Notes: generated from the sequence alone by a model not told the origin. DNA of 64,000 bases from an uncultured virus (IMG/VR IMGVR_UViG_3300010885_003647) (IMGVR_UViG_3300010885_003647); one strand, 5' to 3'; positions 8,849 to 16,709 are shown, counted from the stretch's first letter. Numbers and translations are program-made.

Positions 8849-10030
8849 TTAATCTTGAATCCGTACACTCACACCCATAGGTGCAATCACGGTACTTGTC
8901 ATACCCCAAAACACAGGGTGTTGCCATTCACCCCACCCATTTATGAACCCATCCGTGAGAACAATTACACACTCAGGCTCTAGCTTATGCGCCTTGATAT
9001 ACTTGGGAATACAGTCAGCACTCGTACCACCACCCCCTGCAGGTTTAGTAGATGACATGATTGACTCATACTCACCTCGGTCATACTTCTCATGAGCACA
9101 TACTTCAGTATCCCAATACATAAGATCAATGCCTTCGGGCTGAACATGGTTGCATAAAGAGACCAGTTCTCCTAAGAATTGCCCGACCTCCTCCTGTCCA
9201 ATACTGCCTGACATATCAATAGCTACAACGATACGACCTACTGCCTCACCGATTGCGCTAGGCATATAGACACCTTGATCTACCCACCTACGATTTGGTC
9301 TGCGCCATGTAGAGTTGTCCTTGTCATTACATATAGAGTTCACAAAGTCAGCTAACACTTCCTTCCAATTAACCTTAGCTTCCATCGCCTCAGTAATCTC
9401 TCTAGGAATATTGCCGTCAAGTTTGCCTGCTAGTAATGCGCCCTGTCTTAAAGCTTGATCGACTTCACGAGCCAATGCTTGCTTCTCGTCTTCGGACATT
9501 TCATCTGCACCTTCCCAATCGTGCTCGTCAAAGCCCTGCCCATCCGCTTGTTCGCCCTCGCCACTACCATTGCCTTTTCCACCTTTACCTCCCTCTTGTT
9601 TTAATAAACGGAACACCTCGCCTGCATCCATGCCCCGATACTTCTCATCTAAGCAACCGCCTTCAGGTAGCGACACAGATACACCTTGTGGGTCTGAATC
9701 ATGAATCATTAAGTTGATTACATAATCACATGCCATGTTGGCATACTGAGGGTTTTGTTTATAGAGATGTTTCCATACAGTCGTATGACGGAAAGCCTTA
9801 TGTAGATTCTCATGAAGTATCAAGCCCTTCAAGTCAGAGTCTTTTAGTTTGTCTACGAACTTACGACCATAGTAAGTGTTGCGCCCATCGGTACATGCAG
9901 TTTGTATCTCGTCACTCACCTCAGTCTTACCGAGCATGAAGATGCCTGAATACAAACAATACTTAGGGTCATTCATCAATGCCACATGGGACTTTTGAAC
10001 TCGTTGTTCTGCAGTTAATCTAGACATCAT
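8849..10030 (-). CDS. metallopeptidase-like plus vWA domain protein (DUF2201-like)
   Basis: TACTDG, LILHENLH (HExxH), NMACDYVIN, MIDAS DMSGS, GGGGT, LTDG. Confidence 0.85.
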   Translation of the reverse strand: MMSRLTAEQRVQKSHVALMNDPKYCLYSGIFMLGKTEVSDEIQTACTDGRNTYYGRKFVDKLKDSDLKGLILHENLHKAFRHTTVWKHLYKQNPQYANMACDYVINLMIHDSDPQGVSVSLPEGGCLDEKYRGMDAGEVFRLLKQEGGKGGKGNGSGEGEQADGQGFDEHDWEGADEMSEDEKQALAREVDQALRQGALLAGKLDGNIPREITEAMEAKVNWKEVLADFVNSICNDKDNSTWRRPNRRWVDQGVYMPSAIGEAVGRIVVAIDMSGSIGQEEVGQFLGELVSLCNHVQPEGIDLMYWDTEVCAHEKYDRGEYESIMSSTKPAGGGGTSADCIPKYIKAHKLEPECVIVLTDGFINGWGEWQHPVFWGMTSTVIAPMGVSVRIQD

Positions 10031-10224
10031 TTCTCCTTGTTAATACTGTCTGACAGTATTGGGTTTAGTCCTTCAGGTAAAAGGGTCATGCCCTTCTCAC
10101 TTCTCAATGAAGCAAAGGGCAGGCTAGGTACTCTAACTAAGTGATAGCCTTTGTTATAGTTAAGCATCGTGACCTGTCCTACCTCGCCGTCTGTTATTAC
10201 CCAATCACCTTTTAGAATAGCCAT
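10027..10224 (-). CDS. hypothetical protein
   Basis: 65-aa ORF between the AAA and vWA genes. Confidence 0.6.
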   Translation of the reverse strand: MAILKGDWVITDGEVGQVTMLNYNKGYHLVRVPSLPFASLRSEKGMTLLPEGLNPILSDSINKEK

Positions 10225-11330
10225 TGGTTATCGGTAGCCCATTTCACAAAATCTTTATTGGACACCGCCATAGCTTGCTTGGTAGTAGACTTCACGATTG
10301 AACGAGCAAACAACGCTTGTAATTCTTTATCCAATCGGTCTGCATACTTGAGCCACTTAGGTAGCGTATCCTTATCCACCCTAGTAATAGCTGAGAATGT
10401 CAAGATACATTTAGCCACCGCATCATCAGGTACTTTTGCTGAGTTAGGGCTATCCATAATTGCTTCCCATGTAGGTAGCTTATCGACCACAGTAAAGAAC
10501 GCTTGCATATCACGAGCCGCACTCTCACCTATCGTGCCAGCCAACGCAGTAATAGTCACGCTATCACCGAGCAAGTCACGCTTCTTGGCAATATGACTAG
10601 CCTTCTCTAAACTACGAGGGGTGACGAACGCAGTCTGACCTGCCTTAGTTGGGTTAAAGATGTATACATTATCTTTTTGTGCAGGGTCAGTATACGACTC
10701 GAGTGCATGGGGGAATTGTTTAACCCACGCAATAATCTCAGGTGCAATATCATTCTCTACTGCCCACGCACCCCAAGAGTCTGCATCTAACGAACCATCA
10801 GCACCGAACCCTGCGTGTGGTTTACGCACAGTCACAAAGCAAACACGATTGCGAGCATGAGCCTCAAGACTATCACCCACACCATCAGTTGCTAAGTTAG
10901 TTGTACCGAACACAATAGAACCTTCGGGTAAGTGCATATCACCAATGCGTTTCTCTAACATCAGAGTAAGCAAGACATTCTTAACCGCCTTCATAGCCTT
11001 ACCGATCTCGTCTAACATAACGATGACAGGCTTGCCTGATTGGAATTTAAACCTTGCGTTTGGTGCAAACTTTGTGACTTTAAGAGATGATGCCAGTTTC
11101 TCTAGTACTACCTCCTCTGTGTACGGCAAAGCAAAGTCACCTAGGTCTAACAGGGTGCAGTCGATGTACGCTACCTCATAATCAGGGAAACGCTTAGACA
11201 CCGCCTTGAGCATAGAACTCTTACCAATTCCAGGCTCACCCTGACCAATGACAGTCACATCAGCACCTACTGTTGCTATCGCATTTGCAAACTCGTTAAG
11301 AGTTAAAGAACTACCGAACTTGATACTCAT
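10212..11330 (-). CDS. AAA+ ATPase (MoxR/dynein-related type)
   Basis: Walker A GEPGIGKS, Walker B VMLDE, sensor TTN, TPRS. Confidence 0.9.
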   Translation of the reverse strand: MSIKFGSSLTLNEFANAIATVGADVTVIGQGEPGIGKSSMLKAVSKRFPDYEVAYIDCTLLDLGDFALPYTEEVVLEKLASSLKVTKFAPNARFKFQSGKPVIVMLDEIGKAMKAVKNVLLTLMLEKRIGDMHLPEGSIVFGTTNLATDGVGDSLEAHARNRVCFVTVRKPHAGFGADGSLDADSWGAWAVENDIAPEIIAWVKQFPHALESYTDPAQKDNVYIFNPTKAGQTAFVTPRSLEKASHIAKKRDLLGDSVTITALAGTIGESAARDMQAFFTVVDKLPTWEAIMDSPNSAKVPDDAVAKCILTFSAITRVDKDTLPKWLKYADRLDKELQALFARSIVKSTTKQAMAVSNKDFVKWATDNQWLF

Positions 11331-11442
11331 ATACTTCTCCTTGATTTAAAATTAAAAAATACAACCCCACTTTGACAAAAAACCCAGTACTGTCTGACAG
11401 TATTGGGCTACAACAACATCTACTTCTTTTAGTTATACATCT

Positions 11443-11471
11443 ATTATAACGCTATACTACCTCTGTGTCAA
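11443..11471 (-). promoter_or_regulatory. perfect consensus sigma70 promoter
   Basis: TTGACA-17 bp-TATAAT on the minus strand. Confidence 0.9.
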
Positions 11472-11483
11472 TAGGCTAGGTTC

Positions 11484-12443
11484 TTACACAATGTTCGTTG
11501 CAACAACACCCAACGCTACTGCTCTAGTTGTATACACATCAGCTATCTGCTTAATGAAATAGTTAATGCGATTGTCCACAGTCTTGTAGTTGTATTGATA
11601 CTCACGGATATTTGTTTTATCCACAATGGCATTACCCTGATAGTCGGTGCGTTCTACATCAATCGTTTTACATACTCGACTGTCGTTATGCTCACTACCT
11701 GAACAGATCATACAAAGAAGTTTAGGGTAGTCATCTTCAGTCGCATTACACATAGCTTCATATATATCCTTTGATGTAGTTTCACCAACCGAGCCTGATA
11801 ACTTCCAACTGTCGTAGGTAACACCATCTAACTGATAAGCCTTGCGCCCATAATAGTCAGCCTTACCTGTTGCGTGCTGATCTACTAAGTCATTACTAAT
11901 CCACCCATCAGCCAGTTTAAGCATGATCTTGGCATAATCTCTAAAGCCCTTGAGTTTATCCCTAGCCGTTTTCATCTTGGCTTTATCTATTACTTTCTGA
12001 GTAAGACTCTTAGGGTTTCGAACTGAGTAGCAATCTAACCCATCCACCTTATAATAGTCAAATATCGTAGCACTACCACTATCTATTACATACGACTGCT
12101 CTCTATATGTAATCCATATCTTGTTGTACTTCTTATAACAACGCATATCCTTGGGCAAATACCGATTGATAAACTCAGCCGTTGTAGGTGTGTCGTACCC
12201 ATCAGTCTTAACATGAATACTGCCATCAGCCGTATACAAAACACAATCTGTCTTATATAAGTGAGCACCATAAGCCTCACCACTAACGATGTCTGTTGCT
12301 ACTTCATCTACGATATAACGCTGAACTACTTGCTCCCAATCCCTACTGCGCCTACCGATTGGTCTGCACTCTACTGACCTACCTCTAATAGGTTTAGTGT
12401 TGTTAAAACGGTTTTTAAAATTCTCGAACATACTTAAACTCAT
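11484..12443 (-). CDS. hypothetical early protein
   Basis: 319-aa ORF with AAGGAG SD. Confidence 0.8.
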   Translation of the reverse strand: MSLSMFENFKNRFNNTKPIRGRSVECRPIGRRSRDWEQVVQRYIVDEVATDIVSGEAYGAHLYKTDCVLYTADGSIHVKTDGYDTPTTAEFINRYLPKDMRCYKKYNKIWITYREQSYVIDSGSATIFDYYKVDGLDCYSVRNPKSLTQKVIDKAKMKTARDKLKGFRDYAKIMLKLADGWISNDLVDQHATGKADYYGRKAYQLDGVTYDSWKLSGSVGETTSKDIYEAMCNATEDDYPKLLCMICSGSEHNDSRVCKTIDVERTDYQGNAIVDKTNIREYQYNYKTVDNRINYFIKQIADVYTTRAVALGVVATNIV

Positions 12444-12491
12444 TTGATTCTCCTTGGATTAAATACTGTCTGACAGTATTGGTTTGGTTGG

Positions 12492-12785
12492 TTATTTAAA
12501 AACATAATGTAATGCGGTTAAAACAAAAACAAAGGGTACAAACACAATCAACGCACCCCACATAGACCCTGCTAGAAAAGAAACCAGTTGCTCTAAATCT
12601 GTCTCACTTCTCCAAATAGGTGTGGCATAGTCGGCATCTCTAAACGCTTCGCTTGCTGATCGGTGCGTCTTATTGTGGTGAATATAAAACGCAGGGTCTT
12701 GCGTTGATTGGTATTGAATAGTGTTGTTGGGTGTGGCTTTTTTGGTTCTCTTAGTTGTTTTCATCTTCTTTCCTTTCAGGTTCAA
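12492..12785 (-). CDS. hypothetical protein with C-terminal transmembrane helix
   Basis: Hydrophobic C-terminus WGALIVFVPFVFVLTALHYVF. Confidence 0.65.
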   Translation of the reverse strand: MNLKGKKMKTTKRTKKATPNNTIQYQSTQDPAFYIHHNKTHRSASEAFRDADYATPIWRSETDLEQLVSFLAGSMWGALIVFVPFVFVLTALHYVFK

Positions 12786-13026
12786 TTAACTCATACTGCG
12801 AATCATCTGCGTTCGGGTCATACTTAATAGGCTTGTCATACTTCAAGGTGCTAAAAAAGTCCTCGGCAGTCATGCCATGACGGAGCAACAATCGCCTTAA
12901 CTTACCTAATGCACGCAATTCGATCTGTCTTACCCTCTCTCTACTAATGTTCATAGCATCTGCAATCTCAGCTAAGGTCATGCAAGGGTCAGGGATTTGC
13001 GCCCTCTTTTCGTATGGTTTACTCAT
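12751..13026 (-). CDS. stand-alone sigma-70 region 4 protein
   Basis: TLAEIADAMNISRERVRQIELRALGKLR closely resembles RpoD region 4.2. Confidence 0.8.
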   Translation of the reverse strand: MSKPYEKRAQIPDPCMTLAEIADAMNISRERVRQIELRALGKLRRLLLRHGMTAEDFFSTLKYDKPIKYDPNADDSQYELIEPERKEDENN

Positions 13027-13229
13027 GTTGTCCTCTTTGGGTTAGTTGTTGCAAGTTCTTTGGGGTTATGTATGTATTGATACGCACCCTTATTAAATGG
13101 TATAGCGACTGTGAACCCTTCTGATACTGCTCGAGCCACATCAATCCCACACTCTAGGCAAAACTTATAGCCTAGTTCCCATCTACCCATCGGGTATTCA
13201 TCTCCACAACATCTACATATATTCTTCAT
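13023..13229 (-). CDS. small Zn-finger protein
   Basis: CRCC...CLEC cysteine pairs. Confidence 0.7.
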   Translation of the reverse strand: MKNICRCCGDEYPMGRWELGYKFCLECGIDVARAVSEGFTVAIPFNKGAYQYIHNPKELATTNPKRTT

Positions 13230-13405
13230 TTCCCTCTCCTTATTTCTCTAGGCTTATTCTCGTTCCGATATGGCGCTTTGTAAAGAACCCAAACCACATA
13301 ACCCAATACAGGAATGGACAACAACAAAGCCACCGAAACGGATAACTGCTCTATTAATATAGCTACTAAAATAAAACCCACAATCAATGCAATTACTTTC
13401 ATCAT
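13226..13405 (-). CDS. small two-TM membrane protein (59 aa, not in ORF track)
   Basis: MMKVIALIVGFILVAILIEQLSVSVALLLSIPVLGYVVWVLYKAPYRNENKPREIRRGK, with GAGGAG SD and ATGA overlap. Confidence 0.65.
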   Translation of the reverse strand: MMKVIALIVGFILVAILIEQLSVSVALLLSIPVLGYVVWVLYKAPYRNENKPREIRRGK

Positions 13406-13420
13406 CTTCTCCTCTTGTTA

Positions 13421-13834
13421 AAAACACTCAATCAGTCAGGCTATTGCTAACCTGACCTCAAAATGCTCTTTGTTTGTTTGCCTTCTGCTAGTTTGTCGCA
13501 GTCCTTGTTAGGGGTTAGGGCATGGGTAGGGTGAAGTGCGTGTGGTCAGATGGATTTAGGTTTTGAGGGTTCTGATACTGTCTGACAGTATTTCACCCAA
13601 TTAGGTTTATTAAACCTAAACATATCCCACACCTCACTACTACCGCAGAGATACTGCTCGCCAAGAAGATACAAACCCGCTTAAATGGGAAATCAAGGCT
13701 ACGCCTACTCTGCACTCTTACTACGCACAGTCTGTATTCCCGTGCGCCTCAAAGCATTTACCTAGTTGTTAATGAACTAATACTGTCTGACAGTATTTGG
13801 TTTTGTTGTGTCCCTTGACCCAACTCGACTCTAT
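13421..13834 (-). ncRNA. putative structured early leader or ncRNA
   Basis: About 400 nt with no long ORF downstream of a consensus promoter. It has several complementary stems, a boxA-like GTTCATTAACAA and a GCAA-tetraloop hairpin. Confidence 0.4.
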
Positions 13835-13840
13835 ACCTCT

Positions 13841-13869
13841 ATTATAACACTATGTTAAGTCTGTGTCAA
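13841..13869 (-). promoter_or_regulatory. perfect consensus sigma70 promoter
   Basis: TTGACA-17 bp-TATAAT; flanks are near-identical to the 11443-11471 promoter (CCTATTGACACAGA...GTTATAATAG). Confidence 0.9.
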
Positions 13870-13903
13870 TAGGGCAGAACTCGGTTTAGGTTTGGGGGTT
13901 GCT

Positions 13904-14329
13904 TTAATCAAAGTCATCAAGTATTTGTTGCATGCGCTTATTAACTTCGGGGTCTTTAGAAACTGGTATCGGTTCTTGTCTTAATTCTTGGGTTGGGGTT
14001 GGTGCATACAAGTATTTACCAATGATGCTTACGGCTAGTTTGTTCCGAGTAGTTTTCTTTAACAACGCAATCCTTTCTAATTGATCTATTGCGTGCTTGG
14101 GCATATGTAGGTTTAACTGTGCCATCTCTGTGAATGACTGTGGTTTGATCTTTTGTTTATGAGCCTGTTTTTGTGCTCCTGTCATCTCCTTTATATTGAA
14201 GATATCCGCACCTACTTTGCCACGCTTGTACCTACGATATGCCGCTACATATGTGACATCGAAATGTTTTACCCACTCATGCAAGCCTCGCACTTCTCCG
14301 TTGATCTCAATATCTATGCTATGTGTCAT
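13904..14329 (-). CDS. putative DNA-binding protein (N-terminal HTH-like plus RHH-like domain)
   Basis: IEINGEVRGLHEW...AAYRRYKRG and QLNLHMPKHAIDQLERIALLKKTTRNKLAVSIIGKYL. Confidence 0.6.
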   Translation of the reverse strand: MTHSIDIEINGEVRGLHEWVKHFDVTYVAAYRRYKRGKVGADIFNIKEMTGAQKQAHKQKIKPQSFTEMAQLNLHMPKHAIDQLERIALLKKTTRNKLAVSIIGKYLYAPTPTQELRQEPIPVSKDPEVNKRMQQILDDFD

Positions 14330-14349
14330 CTGTTTTACCTTTCTGTTTA

Positions 14350-14880
14350 GTTAGACCATGTTCGGTCAATCTAGATTATACATGGTTGTCATTGTAAAGG
14401 CTAGAGGGTATTTTAAATGAACAAATAAGGCTTGGTTCATACAATGACTGACCAAGTTCACTCAGACCAGAACGGGCTGAGAACCATATACTAATTGAGG
14501 TTAGGTATTAAAAGGTTAGAAATGTTCATATGAACCTGAAAGTATGTCGCCCTACAAAAGGCTCTTTCGAATACTGTCAGACAGTACGAAAGCTTAACAC
14601 AGTAAAGGGAAAAAAATGTTTGGTAGTCATATATTTATATTTATATGAACATTTTAATAATAATAGATAGATAGATAGAGAAGAAGCCTTATGAAACAAG
14701 GACTTGCAAGTCAGAAAACCGTGTTCTGGTCTGAGTGAACCTGTTCAGTCCAATCGCCCGCAAACCCTTTGTTTATATAGTGTTCCATGTTCACGCCAAT
14801 AGTGAACCTAGTGAACCTGATTCTATGTTCAGTCTTTACCCTTCTGAAAACTGGTTTCTTTCGTACTGTCAGACAGTATT
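14350..14880. other. putative replication origin / iteron-rich non-coding region
   Basis: About 17 GAAC/GTTC units, a perfect 18-bp inverted repeat (14456-14473 / 14723-14740), an AT-rich core at ~14628-14680 and two palindrome copies. Confidence 0.45.
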
Positions 14881-15022
14881 TGGTTTGCCTCGCCTACTTC
14901 GCCTGCACCTCGCTGACCCTAAATCATTGCGCCCTTCGAAAAAGAAAAAGCAGCAGCAAAAAGAATTTAAAAATCTGTCGGCTCGCCGACCTAGATGACA
15001 CCAGTTCCCTAAAAAAAGGGCG

Positions 15023-15050
15023 AAAAAAAACCCCACCGATTTGGTGGGGT
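15023..15050 (-). terminator. rho-independent terminator
   Basis: ACCCCACC-AAATC-GGTGGGGT followed by a T run on the minus strand, just after the 15067..15546 gene. Confidence 0.85.
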
Positions 15051-15066
15051 GTGAACTGCTTGGTGA

Positions 15067-15546
15067 TTACTGCTTGGTATCACCTTCGTAATCATCTAAT
15101 CCGTCTAGCAAGTAGCTGGCTAGTGATGCAGTCTTGTCATTCTCTTTGAACTTATTAAACATACTACGCAAACCCTTGACGATATCTTCTATCTTGGCAT
15201 CACCTTTGAACTTCACTCCAGTAATCGGAGCAGTCTTACCAGCTTGTGATCCCTTTGCCTTGCGTACTGCATTTACATCATACTGCTTACCCTCATTCAC
15301 TGCCTTGCGGAAAGTGGTCAGGTTATTCTTGACAGTCTGCTCAGCTAAGCCCAACTTCTCTTGTGATTCTTTAAAGCGGAGCATTACAGCACAACCACTC
15401 TTGACAGTACCGATTGGCTTATTCTTGCGGAGCTTGCGAATCTCGGAGCACTTGCTATCTATCTGCTTATTGATAGTGCCAGCTTGTCCAACTAATGCGC
15501 CTACTTCAGAAGCTAAGGTTTCTTGTTTAGAGTATTTAACAGTCAT
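15067..15546 (-). CDS. basic hypothetical protein, first gene of the early arm
   Basis: 159 aa, AAGGA SD, own promoter and terminator. Confidence 0.8.
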   Translation of the reverse strand: MTVKYSKQETLASEVGALVGQAGTINKQIDSKCSEIRKLRKNKPIGTVKSGCAVMLRFKESQEKLGLAEQTVKNNLTTFRKAVNEGKQYDVNAVRKAKGSQAGKTAPITGVKFKGDAKIEDIVKGLRSMFNKFKENDKTASLASYLLDGLDDYEGDTKQ

Positions 15547-15600
15547 GGTATTTCCTTTATATATAATCGGCTTGGCGGTATTGCCTTACTCGATGACTCT

Positions 15601-15629
15601 ATTGTGCCTGTACCATAGCGCTATGTCAA
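15601..15629 (-). promoter_or_regulatory. sigma70 promoter
   Basis: TTGACA-17 bp-CACAAT on the minus strand. Confidence 0.75.
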
Positions 15630-15946
15630 GGACTATTTGATTTTCCCATACTGTCGAACAGTATTTTTCCAGCCCGATATCGCGACCCCCTACCGCCTAA
15701 TTTGGCCCCCTTGGTCCCGCCCGCACCCTGTGCTGTATTTTGCACAGTCGATTACTATTTTTTTGAAAAATACCCCCCTATAGGGTTTACCCTTAAAAAC
15801 ACCCCCCACTATATAAAAAAATTAAAAAATCTATATACATCAAAAAGATATACATAAAAAGTGCATGAAACTTTAATAAAACGAGGTGTAAAAAAAAGTT
15901 TCCCGAACGGGGTTTTTGTAAAGAAAAAGTAAAAGATTGTAAAGAA

Positions 15947-15976
15947 TGTTGCACCGCAACAATTGTGTGATAAACT
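15947..15976 (+). promoter_or_regulatory. promoter with overlapping PhaR-like palindrome
   Basis: TGTTGC-ACC-GCAACA (15947-15961) overlaps a -35 TTGCAC; extended -10 TGATAAACT at 15968-15976. Confidence 0.5.
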
Positions 15977-16032
15977 ACACAAAAACGGTACGCTGCATGG
16001 AGCGTACTAATTCAACTTAAAGGAGCAACATC

Positions 16033-16149
16033 ATGTTTGATTTCACTAAACAGACCAAGCAGTACGAAGAACTAGCTAAGCGCATTCAAGAAGTAAATGA
16101 GTTCTGGATTAATTCCGTTATCTCAAGCCTTAAGCAGCTCACTAAGTAG
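16033..16149 (+). CDS. small amphipathic helical protein (38 aa, not in ORF track)
   Basis: MFDFTKQTKQYEELAKRIQEVNEFWINSVISSLKQLTK with AAGGAG SD, followed by a GC hairpin. Confidence 0.7.
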   Translation: MFDFTKQTKQYEELAKRIQEVNEFWINSVISSLKQLTK

Positions 16150-16211
16150 TACCCGGGGGCCTTGCGCCCCCACAAAAACCCGCTAAAATAAGTCTTTAAC
16201 AGGGGGGCGGC

Positions 16212-16709
16212 ATGGAGGCACCAAAATTCACAATAAAAAAAGTCGACACCCGGATTCCATCTGTTCAAACCACACTACTTTTTCTGCAAAAGAAAATTCT
16301 GACGGAGGATATTCCGTACAAGCCGGACCGGGGCCATTGGTGGGTTGTGTATGCGCAGGATGGAAAGCCTGTAGGTTTTGCGGGTTTGGTCCGCTCGATC
16401 AAATGGACAGATACAGGTTACTTATGTAGAGCTGGTGTAATGCAAGGTTACACTGGACACGGACTACAAAAACGTTTAATATCAGTAAGAATTCGGAAAG
16501 CAAAAGAGCTGGGTTGGAATTGGTTAATTACGGACACTACAGATAACCCTGCTTCCTCTAATAGTTTAATCAACTGCGGATTTAAGTTGTACGAGCCTTA
16601 TACTCCGTGGTCTTTTAAAAACGCGCTTTATTGGAAGAGGAAAGTAGAACCCGATGCCCTACAAGGATCCAGAAGTAAGAAAAAGAAAGCACGCAGAGTA
16701 CAGCCGTGA
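16212..16709 (+). CDS. GNAT-family acetyltransferase
   Basis: YLCRAGVMQGYTGHGLQKRL (motif A) and NPASSNSLINCGF. Confidence 0.85.
   Translation: MEAPKFTIKKVDTRIPSVQTTLLFLQKKILTEDIPYKPDRGHWWVVYAQDGKPVGFAGLVRSIKWTDTGYLCRAGVMQGYTGHGLQKRLISVRIRKAKELGWNWLITDTTDNPASSNSLINCGFKLYEPYTPWSFKNALYWKRKVEPDALQGSRSKKKKARRVQP

Larger units (their letters stand above)
7506..15663. repeat. dispersed 15-bp palindrome TACTGT-N3-ACAGTA, 10 copies
   Basis: Copies start at 7506, 8681, 10044, 11388, 12464, 13576, 13781, 14572 and 14864 (all TACTGTC[T/A]GACAGTA) and 15649 (TACTGTCGAACAGTA). Confidence 0.95.

Noticed and set aside
14735..15149. Plus-strand ORFs 14735..14998 and 14787..15149
   Set aside because: No SD, opposite to local transcription, and they run through repeats and a terminator.
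7506..15663. Palindrome copies as a CRISPR array or as LexA SOS boxes
   Set aside because: Copies are 200-1400 bp apart with genes between them and no cas genes. The spacer is N3 (CTGT-N3-ACAG), not the N8 of an SOS box.
7506..15663. Palindrome as N4-type hairpin promoters
   Set aside because: The loops are not the C-GNA-G type, no virion RNA polymerase motifs were recognised, and ordinary sigma70 promoters are present.
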